Made by a program: the position numbers and the translations under genes | Part shown: positions 20,501 to 27,909 of the stretch, piece after piece | Position numbering within the stretch: position 1 is the first letter of the stretch | Layout of the letters: each line of letters begins with the position of its first letter | From: an uncultured Candidatus Poseidoniales archaeon | GTDB taxonomy: Archaea; Thermoplasmatota; Poseidoniia; Poseidoniales; Thalassarchaeaceae | NCBI GenBank assembly: GCA_902573015.1 | Contig: CACGIE010000005.1 | Span: forward strand, 1-53,960 | DNA: 53,960 bases | Reading direction: 5' to 3' | Notes under the pieces: model-generated | Told to the model about the DNA's origin: nothing | The model's database searches: none | The model's input: only the letters and a program-made list of their open reading frames with translations

Positions 20501-21746
20501 CCAAGGTCTGCTCCTCCCCGTAAATTGTCCCGTTTAGATCAAGGAAGGTAGTGGCCCTCCAGAGTTTGCTCTGGTGACAAATGAAGATGATGTCAGATAT
20601 CTCTGAGGAGTCAAGGTTTCTGTTCTCATTCAGGTCTAGGCCCGCTAGTACCTTGAAACCAGAATGTGTACAGTTGGCCCCGCTAGATTCTGGCAAAATG
20701 TCCACTTCATATTCGTAATAGTCACCGAGAACTGCTGAAATATCTCCATCGGCACCATTGGTGTCACTAATGACAATTGTCGGAGAAGAAGTGTAGTTCG
20801 AACCGCCATCTGTCACTACCGCGGAGTGGATTACTCCGGTGGAGTAGACATTCGCTGTCAGAGACTCACCAGTCCCGTTTGCGACTCCCACCGCGATAAC
20901 ATCTGTTGACTGGTAACCTGAACCCGCGGAATCAATATTTATCGATGTAATTGCCCCGCTCGAATCTACTGACCCCACTGATGCCTGTGCCCCTGTGCCG
21001 TCGCATTGGCATTGAATCTGAACCTGATCAGTAGTGTCGAAACCGGAACCCCCGTCATTAATTGTGATACTCTCAATTCCTGAGCTTACGGTGTAAGTTC
21101 CAGAGAACCCAGAACCCCCTCCTCCAGTAGCAGATAGGTTGCCTGCTGAATACCCCGTTCCGGCATCATCTATTGAAAGCGAAGTGATGACATCGTCATT
21201 TGCGAACGTCTCACAGAATACGAGAGTATCAATCAACTCATCGGAGTCTAGGACTTGATTGAAGTTATTATCCAAACCATGTTGAACGTAATCTCCAGGA
21301 GAACCAGAGCATCCTGAGAGGTTTGTGGAGGAGGACTTGACGAAGACCCTTCTCCAACCGGGAGAGTATGTGTAGTCAGAATTCAGAGTAACTTCGATTT
21401 CCCCGACATCGAATGTGCTGACATTTGAACGAGTCCCATCATCCTTTAGGACCAAGTCCCCATCATCATTCATCTCGACACCGAACATATTTCCAGAGCC
21501 AAAACTATCCTCGTCCCAAACGATACCAGAGTCTGAGGATGAAGATAGCGGAGAGTTGGTCACATGTACCCATCCATCCATTACAGTAGCATTCGTAGGT
21601 ACTGTGAATCCGTCCACTACGGTAGGTGTTCCATCGCTGTTAATCATCGATGGACCCGACCAATTGGAAACCCCTGCATATGAGACAGGGGATAGTACCA
21701 TTAGTAGTGTCATTGCTATTGCTAGTCTTGCGCGTTCGCTGGGCAT
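14526..21746 (-). CDS. Giant cell-surface protein (2406 aa), type-I membrane anchored
   Basis: N-terminal signal peptide (LAIAMTLLMVLSPVSYAG). Ser/Thr/Gly/Asn-rich beta-type domains, with the motif GWFID(Q/N) occurring twice. C-terminal TM helix (FVLIAGSLLILVSLMGAAFYVI) followed by an acidic tail. Confidence 0.9.
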   Translation of the reverse strand: MPSERARLAIAMTLLMVLSPVSYAGVSNWSGPSMINSDGTPTVVDGFTVPTNATVMDGWVHVTNSPLSSSSDSGIVWDEDSFGSGNMFGVEMNDDGDLVLKDDGTRSNVSTFDVGEIEVTLNSDYTYSPGWRRVFVKSSSTNLSGCSGSPGDYVQHGLDNNFNQVLDSDELIDTLVFCETFANDDVITSLSIDDAGTGYSAGNLSATGGGGSGFSGTYTVSSGIESITINDGGSGFDTTDQVQIQCQCDGTGAQASVGSVDSSGAITSINIDSAGSGYQSTDVIAVGVANGTGESLTANVYSTGVIHSAVVTDGGSNYTSSPTIVISDTNGADGDISAVLGDYYEYEVDILPESSGANCTHSGFKVLAGLDLNENRNLDSSEISDIIFICHQSKLWRATTFLDLNGTIYGEEQTLAHGIVPSSSPQGLVSAGTMPGEPVPAGTFGHLVVPAQTVPNSQYISEYYLTFDHWYHLDSTASGEGDGTWVEYRLQSDSNWGNWSYIEPQGGYPSTLSTDAPVPIGASSPVPVFASDSHSGWVTSNFSLSSLSGIDQADQIQFRFVIWTHPDSTNERPGWFIDQIETINEGVDLDVWHHGCYTTTASSCTYNSNAYGVLGRNIDLTGTNSTSKIEFNMEWDLEGGSSDNACIELSLNGNTWADISSSTSSTSSDCSVRSGPIPGNGYTADNGQTYGDQSGEFRLVSFDIPSGFQDQSSVDIRIVVDTSSSFNYGGGTPDTREGLTVSQFRVVDYDGSSMFVDDFSSSSTMSHYGMPDSQGNPAPDDWIYRVVTKGVQSEMIGFEDSTANSPTVSEAPGWTRSTSGTCSNDKCKFTLNKLSSNSGPPLTASFPYAYGVGFSGNYENGIDEARLISPSYDIPLNGTSYLTFDHWSCSEAGWDGGAVFIKVNNGAWQYFDPGWYSGTASSFAGHNLQGMGIFTMDHCTGTAFSGTWASTGQMTNLRANLDAYKGDSVKFKFAFGSDGYYSLAGWFIDNAGVQISNFGIPGSWLSPSISLDSDRKFNLGFVDIEGHAGEEGWIRGSLLEASTGEQVPGFSNISFPFSLAGVDAEQYPQVRLKVHMGSDDPEQTPSLEKVHIGGKRVLNADSGQNGWEYSAGIEVVDGLLNATAITGTISSEFVFSPRPIKSVTIYGNISSTVSVTIYDKLGNSLGTASKGGTIQFSSQQVGFSTSVTLPTNGWIDVLRITSSFSNPPSNPHLDVLNDGSDDWEFPMIDDSGQLAYGNLGWQSWMTLDDSYSRSASLDLDGTNPQSLTALIPESATVTSGFVSISPDDDGFESPVTVSVAGSSISGGSGNSAFTSILSQAQISGIGYLNPTHTDSQNGRDWLEVPISVSSSSAQTIHISSMGIGYLFFENVSGLGPGIEGYLDEISGVDFEDETDIPLSYTSDYGALSLDGSIVYDFMFVNRDFSVPNTFYPDGEIIEIVTSHHHLYDNSQLADITLVGTSSDGQSIGFRVENSPDGLWGTGSGDVQFSQNSGDSIAPLSMDASYVTESLHSDGYVDIEVHWKFKVDWNWDDVDSIEWEARANDIDGETIWPATSESGRSGENAVENDLQIDYFEIRDQFDRVISNTYDTLFYPFPIQEGGPLNISGTVRFQDNENRRPQASDFSVALNLSGSIYPLQAGDQGSFSGVVQSPTGLSSMTLSPLMLRVGPSSSTNGAEDTTGVPPMVDIVVDNSPPVAGRMQVQTPVGLQFVDGMVVPPTTFSPYITISEDQARGESLTLRYWREGVDDQNSDGIADESEYQSQNRELSVGLTGEQQVQFMGLDVSSMDNELIHLYVEGTDWVGLSYQDGSTGGGPGATNSWASVVVAEDVMVEFAGAGLGTGSGGGSTFSLDRLTQDSIDYFLVPGIEHTFKVRLDEPNGFRTIDNISVFLCGYGSEYGVFSYEPFTSTLLSPSSSMLEVIGASTEAITSTVTELSVRFKISWDMPFTEQDFDCKPRVLVEDGLDQIESEVLSSLSWRLDNRISAIPNAAEDLSEPIIPALGTSLYLGQGDTFSVSGSVHHEGSGIRISEVNQDLTAVLSMTYGSGNYESLGAVDANGNFTVEMTLPNFQPINPTTVLTTSLTGVPGNAHSVDDSQASVTVDTKPPTALFNVEAYPDSSLTVIETNNMDSVTVTITIMEEIGMNFGPLQVSWAFQRNGQIIPGTEDSGEVPWFSSVDDVHVYRGDVDFSPSLEFEISDGDKVSFWITSTDKAGNQVAGLGGPDSPRTPTIRLVEFDGQYTRSVVTPTKNPLVGDKITIVTYWENPGKNDGTINVGLYEQRIDGTFQPSISTLINGPVELYLPPGSSSVKAEFEYSPSEAGQPLLVLVVDGDYGNDNYMNVEISDIQVSSLSEGGQSGGEFVLIAGSLLILVSLMGAAFYVIRRSAGDSEYYDEEYEDYEEHEEHEE
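14531..14575 (-). repeat. Five tandem 9-bp units (CCTCGTNNT on the + strand) encoding the acidic E/Y/H/D tail of the giant protein
   Basis: Read directly from the sequence: cctcgtgtt cctcgtgtt cctcgtagt cctcgtact cctcgtcat. Confidence 0.8.
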
Positions 21747-21812
21747 GCTTAGGCTGTAGGTTATGTTAGTTATGAATCAATCTGCGCCATATGCATGTGG
21801 TGGCATTTCGAC

Positions 21813-21887
21813 TGGAGCCACTGGGGGGAATTGAACCCCCGACCTTCGCCTTACCAAGGCGACGCTATACCTCTAAGCCACAGTGGC
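21813..21887 (-). tRNA. tRNA-Thr (anticodon GGU), CCA encoded
   Basis: The reverse complement folds as acceptor GCCACTG/CAGTGGC, anticodon arm TCGCC-TTGGTAA-GGCGA, T-arm GGGGG-TTCAATT-CCCCC, discriminator U plus CCA. Confidence 0.9.
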
Positions 21888-21989
21888 AGTGAAACAACGA
21901 CCGAAGTAGTTGGTTTAATCGTGGCGACTAGTGGGTGGAGAATTTTTGAAACGTCATTGTGAAAACCTGTGGGGCTGTGGGCCTCACTA

Positions 21990-22076
21990 GCCGAGGTCGC
22001 ATAGCCCGGTATTGCGCGGGCCTGGAAAGCCCGTGGGATTTTTCCCTCGCGAGTTCAAATCTCGCCCTCGGCGCCA
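21990..22076 (+). tRNA. tRNA-Ser (anticodon GGA), class II with a long variable arm, CCA encoded
   Basis: Acceptor GCCGAGG/CCTCGGC, anticodon arm CGGGC-CTGGAAA-GCCCG, variable arm GGGA-TTTT-TCCC, T-arm GCGAG-TTCAAAT-CTCGC, discriminator G plus CCA. Confidence 0.9.
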
Positions 22077-22152
22077 AAATATGCATAATTAACTCCATTC
22101 ATCGTGTCCCAAGGATGGGTTTCTTATTCAATGCCACTAGCCTGAGAATATC

Positions 22153-23307
22153 ATGGACATGCGGAGTGACGGTAAGTCAGAAGCCGAGGGGGTTGCTCTC
22201 ATGGAAAGGCTTAGCGATCGTCCTGCAGGAAGTACCTTCTCGAATATAGACAGTCGTTTGCAAATTATAGATGATTTGTTTTCAGAGATTAGATACAGTT
22301 TGGATCTAATCAAGAAATACTGGGGGGTTAAGGAACTGGTGATGATGGCTTTTTGCGTCTCTGGTTTCATTCTGGGCACCTGGGACATCGGAATCGGAGA
22401 AATTTCGAGTGGCGGGGACTACGATCGTTGGGGCATAATGGGTGATGAAAGTGGATTCTTGCACATGAAAGATCTAGCTCTTATTGTGTCACTACTTTCC
22501 TTGATTTGTTGGTTGGGTTTCATTGTCATGCTCTGGAATAGTTACCCTATAATGAGGGAAAACATGCTTTACCTTTTGATTGGAATGGGCTTCATACTAT
22601 TCGGCTTCATTAGGGCACATGCAGAGAACCCTGATTTCCCTTCGGAAGCAGGACTAAAGAGTTGGACTTGGGTAATTATTGCAAATCTGATAATGCTTTT
22701 CCTATCCACCTTCGTAGTAAGGCGTGCTGTTGTTGAGACTCGTGATATTCATGTCCAAAGAAAGCACGCACACCCTGATCCCAGGGTGATTGATCGGGCA
22801 TGGAAAGATCACAGCCTATTTGCATGGAGCAGTGCTATCGCAATATGGATTATTTTCTTGAATATCAGTTTCTGGAGTAGCACCCACTCAATAGCACCTA
22901 GTCCGGGAGATCTAGACTTCAGTTTCTCGCTTGTCCTGATTCATGTTTTCACTGGAATAATTGCCACATTTCTCTTGTTGACTATAGTCTGGTTTCCCGA
23001 GTTCATGCTTGGTGCGACAGAAGCTAGAATTCAGTCATCTAGAGCGCGAGAGGTCTCAGGAGAAGAGGTCCAAGCTAAGAAGGTCGAGCAGGGGAAGTGC
23101 CCCGTGTGCAATCAGAACACTAGCGCTACTATGGACGAGGAAGGGGGCATCACAATCCCCTGTGAGATTGAAGGATGTAGAGGCAAGGGCATAGTCGGTT
23201 CAGAATGTAAAGAATGTGGCAGTAAGATTCCAACTAGATTAGTATGCATCAATTGCGGATCGAACACACCCGTCGGGGGTCACTTTGGAAGGGTTGAGGC
23301 TTGGTGA
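22153..23307 (+). CDS. Polytopic membrane protein with C-terminal tandem zinc ribbons
   Basis: About 6 hydrophobic helices. The C-terminal cytoplasmic region carries CPVCNQ...PCEIEGC...CKECGSK...CINCGS (four Cys pairs). Its stop overlaps the start of the next gene. Confidence 0.7.
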   Translation: MDMRSDGKSEAEGVALMERLSDRPAGSTFSNIDSRLQIIDDLFSEIRYSLDLIKKYWGVKELVMMAFCVSGFILGTWDIGIGEISSGGDYDRWGIMGDESGFLHMKDLALIVSLLSLICWLGFIVMLWNSYPIMRENMLYLLIGMGFILFGFIRAHAENPDFPSEAGLKSWTWVIIANLIMLFLSTFVVRRAVVETRDIHVQRKHAHPDPRVIDRAWKDHSLFAWSSAIAIWIIFLNISFWSSTHSIAPSPGDLDFSFSLVLIHVFTGIIATFLLLTIVWFPEFMLGATEARIQSSRAREVSGEEVQAKKVEQGKCPVCNQNTSATMDEEGGITIPCEIEGCRGKGIVGSECKECGSKIPTRLVCINCGSNTPVGGHFGRVEAW

Positions 23308-24458
23308 AGGAAAACTCTTCCTTAATCCGTGCCGGTGATGACGAGGAGTCAGTTGAGCCTTCGGGGAGAGATGCAATCTCGTCGGTGATTGCAGTTAGTA
23401 TGTCGTTGATTGTGATTTTTGCATCCTCAATTACAATAATCTACCTCTGGAAGGGAGAAGACGGGTTCGTAATAGAAAGACCATCATCGGCATTGCTATC
23501 TTGGCAAATGGAATACATGGACCTAATCGGTGCTAACAATGACTCACTATCTGGACTAGACGGAGGAGGAGTAGTTGTTTGTGTGGTGGATTCAGGTGTC
23601 GATCTGGGCCATCCCGATTTACGAGGAGTTGAGTTGAGAGGATGGAGGGACTCAGTCAATGGAATCGAAGTGCCATATGATGACGAGGGCCATGGCACTG
23701 CAATGACTGGAATAATCGTCTCCGACGGAGGTTTGGATGGGGTCGCAAAGGGAGTGGAGTTACTAGTTGCAAAGGCGATAAATGATGAGGGGCAGGGAAC
23801 CGATGGAACAGTCGCTGATTCTGTTGACTGGTGCGTACAGCAAGGTGCAGACATCATCTCTCTAAGCTTGGGCGGGAGTCAGAGTTTCGGTTCTGACTTC
23901 TTCACCACAGATGAGTTGGAACAATCAGTTGACGATGCCCTGGATAGCGGGGTATTCGTGGTTTCTTCTGCCGGTAATGATGGAGAGGATGACGATGGAG
24001 ATGTAGGTTCTCCGGGTTCAGTCGAGGGAGTTATTTGCGTTGGTGGAATTACGCGTTCAGGAAGCATCTGGTCAGGCAGCTCCGAAGGAGATAATGATGG
24101 CAGACTATGGCCAAACCCGATTCTACCTAGAAGCGATCCGGATAAGAAGCCAGAGATCGTAGCCCCGGGGCACGAAGTACCTGTCCTGATGGCTTCGGGA
24201 GTTAGTAACTCTGAATGGTGGGGTTGGTCCAGCGGAACTTCGGCAGCAACTGCCTGGATAAGTGGTTCTCTCGCACTTTTGTTGCAGGAGAATCCAGAAT
24301 TACAGAGAGAAAGTTCTACTGGCAGGCAGGCAATCGAAGGTGTGAAGGATGCTATTACTCAGTCTTCACAGAAGAAGGAAGGGCAGGAGAGTCATGATGA
24401 TCACTATGGGTATGGTCACCTTAGGATTGATTTGCTAATCTCCTATTTCGATGATTGA
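23301..24458 (+). CDS. Membrane-anchored subtilisin-like serine protease (peptidase S8)
   Basis: Catalytic triad motifs VVDSGVD (Asp), HGTAMTG (His) and SGTSAATAW (Ser). One N-terminal TM helix and no long propeptide. TTG/GTG start overlaps the upstream TGA. Confidence 0.9.
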   Translation: MVKENSSLIRAGDDEESVEPSGRDAISSVIAVSMSLIVIFASSITIIYLWKGEDGFVIERPSSALLSWQMEYMDLIGANNDSLSGLDGGGVVVCVVDSGVDLGHPDLRGVELRGWRDSVNGIEVPYDDEGHGTAMTGIIVSDGGLDGVAKGVELLVAKAINDEGQGTDGTVADSVDWCVQQGADIISLSLGGSQSFGSDFFTTDELEQSVDDALDSGVFVVSSAGNDGEDDDGDVGSPGSVEGVICVGGITRSGSIWSGSSEGDNDGRLWPNPILPRSDPDKKPEIVAPGHEVPVLMASGVSNSEWWGWSSGTSAATAWISGSLALLLQENPELQRESSTGRQAIEGVKDAITQSSQKKEGQESHDDHYGYGHLRIDLLISYFDD

Positions 24459-24460
24459 CT

Positions 24461-25255
24461 CTAGACTTTTTTGAGGAAAGCGACGAGGGTGCCCCCCGTC
24501 AAGTCAGTAAAACCGACCAAATGATCTTCGTTGACCTCCCTCACTAGCTCAATCCATCTGTTAAATGATCGAACCTTCATCTGAGCGGGTGTGAGTTCAA
24601 TTCCGGAAGTAATCTCTCCTACGTCACCCGTAGGAACGGTGGGCTCTACGAGAAGGACTAGCCCTCCAGGAGAAACCAACTCAAAGACAGATTTCGCTGC
24701 ATCTGCACGGTCATCTTCTGGCAAATCTACGACGACCAAGTCTACAGGCATTGGTAAATCGGAGCTCAATGCTGATTCGTCAATAGAGACGTTTGAAGCC
24801 CTTGAGGAAATAGTCTCAGCTATCACTTCTTGCCAATTCATAGAAACGACCTGTGCCCAATCTCCTGCTTCGTACCTCCTGATTAGTCGCTCAATGATGA
24901 CGCAGAACCTTTTTCCGGGCTCAATAATCCTGAGAGATTCTGGGCGATTTGTTTGCATTTTCTCATTCTCAGAACTGATGGGTGACCATAGATCGAAGAG
25001 CCATGCAGACAGATGACCTATGCCCCCCCCTATGATCACAGCATTCTTCGGATTTATTCTCGAGCACACATCTCTGATCCTAGCTCTGATTGATCGAGGA
25101 AGGAGAGGAATGTCCATGTGCAGCATTTGCTCTCCAATGCTTGATGCCACCTCTGGTTCAGACTGGTCCCTCTCTTCGTCCTCTGAGAGAAGAATGGCCA
25201 TAATGTCAGAATCTGATCTCAATGGCAAACCTGAACTTCTTTCGCCTACGTCCAC
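24461..25255 (-). CDS. Probable class I SAM-dependent methyltransferase
   Basis: Gly-rich motif I (VIIGGGIGHLSAWL), acidic post-I/II residues and LVSPGGLVLLVEP (motif IV-like). Confidence 0.5.
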   Translation of the reverse strand: MDVGERSSGLPLRSDSDIMAILLSEDEERDQSEPEVASSIGEQMLHMDIPLLPRSIRARIRDVCSRINPKNAVIIGGGIGHLSAWLFDLWSPISSENEKMQTNRPESLRIIEPGKRFCVIIERLIRRYEAGDWAQVVSMNWQEVIAETISSRASNVSIDESALSSDLPMPVDLVVVDLPEDDRADAAKSVFELVSPGGLVLLVEPTVPTGDVGEITSGIELTPAQMKVRSFNRWIELVREVNEDHLVGFTDLTGGTLVAFLKKV

Positions 25256-25330
25256 GTGTTACTCTGGCAACCACTACACTTCAATAATGCTCTAGGATGG
25301 TTTGAAGACTATGCAACCTCAGCATCTATC

Positions 25331-25930
25331 ATGGAGGGAGACGGTGGCACCTCACTCGCAGAGTGTCCGCAATGTCTTGAAGTCGTAGAACATACTATCA
25401 TCAAAAGGAAAAAAAGGGGTTTGGGCGAAGATGTATTGGCGAAGTGCGAAGAGTGTTACACTGTTCACACGATAATAATCAGGCCGCCTAAGGCGACTTC
25501 TATCAACACCACGCTATCTGACGGAAGGGAGAGTTTCAATGAAGAAATTGAGGTTGACAAGGATGAGGAGATTTCGGTAGGAGACATGTTCGAACACAAT
25601 GAAATTACATGGAAGATTACTAGGATTGATAATTCTCAATCTCGACCCCAAGAAAATCTACCAGCGACAGAGATATTCTCAATGTGGGCTACAAGGACAG
25701 ACAGAACCATCGTTGGAGTGACAATGACCGATGGAGAAGTTAGCGAGTCTGGGAAAATAGAATGTGAACCGGATAGGATTTTCTCATGTGGTTCGATTAT
25801 CAAATTCGCAGATTCAAAGTGGAGAGTCAGGGCCATTCACACGGGAAAAGGAAGAACACTCAATGGAAGTAGGATGGCCTATGAGATACGCAGAATATAC
25901 CTCCATCCTCAAGATAATGTGAGAAGGTGA
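25331..25930 (+). CDS. Zinc-finger protein, HVO_0476-like family
   Basis: N-terminal CPQC...(21 aa)...CEEC zinc ribbon followed by a conserved beta-rich domain. I prefer the ATG at 25331 over the GTG at 25256. Confidence 0.6.
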   Translation: MEGDGGTSLAECPQCLEVVEHTIIKRKKRGLGEDVLAKCEECYTVHTIIIRPPKATSINTTLSDGRESFNEEIEVDKDEEISVGDMFEHNEITWKITRIDNSQSRPQENLPATEIFSMWATRTDRTIVGVTMTDGEVSESGKIECEPDRIFSCGSIIKFADSKWRVRAIHTGKGRTLNGSRMAYEIRRIYLHPQDNVRR

Positions 25931-25952
25931 AATCCGACCCCGATAATAGAGA

Positions 25953-27845
25953 TTATTTTTCTTCTTTATTTTCAAATTCAGTTAAATTTACCGATCTTAG
26001 TCGGATCAACGAAACGGTGAGCATCCCTAATAGAACAACTACGATAATGGATAAAACTGGCACTATGGCAGAATTTACTGAATCACCAGAGCCACTTGTA
26101 AATACGGGTTCAGAATCAAGAACGAAGACCTGGGCAACTAAGTTTGTAGAAGCGTCATCACCAAGAATAGCCCGCACCATTACAGTCTGATTTCCTTCGA
26201 TTTGATTGCCAGGAAGATATTGGAGCCGATCCACCAACATAGTGTGGCTGATCTCGAAGTTTTTTTCGCCTTCGAGGAAATCTGGGTGACTCATCCAATT
26301 GTCCCTCATGTCCCAAGTTCTCCATTGGACCTCCATTGGAGACCCTTGTACCGACACAGAGAATGACTCGCCTGGTTGTAGATTTATCCTGTTCTCTTCT
26401 GAGAGGTCAGATTCGACGCTTAGGTTGATATCGGTATTTAGACCATATACATAGCTTGCAGCCTCTAAAAGAGCAGGAAGTCCCTCGACATGCCCATGCC
26501 CATACACATTGTTCTGCCTATTCTTGGGAATCAGGTCCTCCGGGCACGGCTCATTTGCAAGCAGGTAGTGGCATTGCCTGTAGGTCGAGGTTTCCTGCAT
26601 TATATTCCTGATATCAAACGGTGAAAGATCTGGGTTGGCCTGATACATTAGTGCCGCCAGTCCTGCTGCCCCCGGAGTGGCCATGCTGGTTCCTGAGTAA
26701 GCTACGTAGCCATCTCCCGAATTTGCCTCCGGAGCCATTACGCTGGACCCGACAAATGCGATATTCGGTTTCACCCTCCCCTCTTCTGTAGGTCCTTGAC
26801 TTGAATAAACTGCTATCGAAGTATCCTTGTCCAGAGCCCCTACGGTGATGACGTCCTCTGCAGATCCTGGAGTGCCGATCTGGGCGCTAATCGCGCTGTT
26901 TCCAGCTGCAATGAATAGTGCTACGCCCGACCTAACCATCTCATTGGCCATTCTATTGACGCTTTCTTCCTCGCTGGATGTCCATTCTATCAGGCCAAAA
27001 CCCCCAAGGCTCATACTAGCTGCTCTTATGTTGAAGTCATGTCTCTTTTCCACCGTCCATTCCATCCCTGCCATCACGGTGGCGAAAGACCCGGAGCCGC
27101 CCTCATCCAAGACCTTGACCCCGACCAGTTGAGCCTGTGGGGCCACTCCGATGTTAACGAAATCTGGTGCACCGGTTCCTGCGGTAATTCCAGCACAGTG
27201 CGTACCATGCCCTTGGTCGTCATATGCCTTAATTTCGGTTCCGTTCGTCTTATCGGGGTTGTTTACAGCATCATAGAATGCGATGACCTTTGAGTCATTG
27301 GTGGAATTGTCATCATCCAGATCGTCTAGTCCTACATGATCTGAGTCTATTCCAGTATCGATGATTGAAACCACACTCCCCTCTCCAGTGTAACCGGTGT
27401 CCTCCCAAATCATTGGAATTCCATGTATGTCGTTCACATCGCTCATCTGCGTAGTTAGAATCCCATCTAACTCGATAAGTACTACCCCAGGAAGACGAGA
27501 GGCTTCGACCAAATCTTCCACTCCTATCCTTCCTGCTATGCTATCTATCAGATGATAGCGGAACTGAGTCTGGAAATCTACCTCCCTCTCCAACATCAAT
27601 TGATCCTGAGATGTCGGAGTATGATCAAAGTCTACAATCACGCTGATGGTATTTTCTCCGTCCACCCAATCATACAATTCGCTGTCTATTGCCGACCAGA
27701 TGGCATCATGTATCTTGTCGCCATCCCTATCCATAGAAGTTGACTCCCACCATGGTGACTCTTGATACTCCCCTGTCCCAATACTAGACGAAGAAAGAGG
27801 GGCGAAGGACAAGATAGCCAGAACTGCAATCGCCGCGGTCCTCAT
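25953..27845 (-). CDS. Secreted subtilisin-like serine protease (peptidase S8) with a C-terminal TM anchor
   Basis: Signal peptide MRTAAIAVLAILSFAPLSSS from the ATG at 27845. Triad motifs IIDTGID, HGTHCAG and SGTSMATPGAAG. C-terminal helix IVPVLSIIVVVLLGMLTVSLI. Confidence 0.9.
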   Translation of the reverse strand: MRTAAIAVLAILSFAPLSSSSIGTGEYQESPWWESTSMDRDGDKIHDAIWSAIDSELYDWVDGENTISVIVDFDHTPTSQDQLMLEREVDFQTQFRYHLIDSIAGRIGVEDLVEASRLPGVVLIELDGILTTQMSDVNDIHGIPMIWEDTGYTGEGSVVSIIDTGIDSDHVGLDDLDDDNSTNDSKVIAFYDAVNNPDKTNGTEIKAYDDQGHGTHCAGITAGTGAPDFVNIGVAPQAQLVGVKVLDEGGSGSFATVMAGMEWTVEKRHDFNIRAASMSLGGFGLIEWTSSEEESVNRMANEMVRSGVALFIAAGNSAISAQIGTPGSAEDVITVGALDKDTSIAVYSSQGPTEEGRVKPNIAFVGSSVMAPEANSGDGYVAYSGTSMATPGAAGLAALMYQANPDLSPFDIRNIMQETSTYRQCHYLLANEPCPEDLIPKNRQNNVYGHGHVEGLPALLEAASYVYGLNTDINLSVESDLSEENRINLQPGESFSVSVQGSPMEVQWRTWDMRDNWMSHPDFLEGEKNFEISHTMLVDRLQYLPGNQIEGNQTVMVRAILGDDASTNLVAQVFVLDSEPVFTSGSGDSVNSAIVPVLSIIVVVLLGMLTVSLIRLRSVNLTEFENKEEK

Positions 27846-27909
27846 GTCCGTTAGGTGGAGCATCAAGACTTCAATCAGACGGTCAGGCGTGTATGGATTT
27901 GTCATACAT

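Noticed and set aside
21959-22249. 96-aa plus-strand ORF covering tRNA-Ser
   Set aside because: It contains the whole tRNA-Ser gene, so it is not coding.
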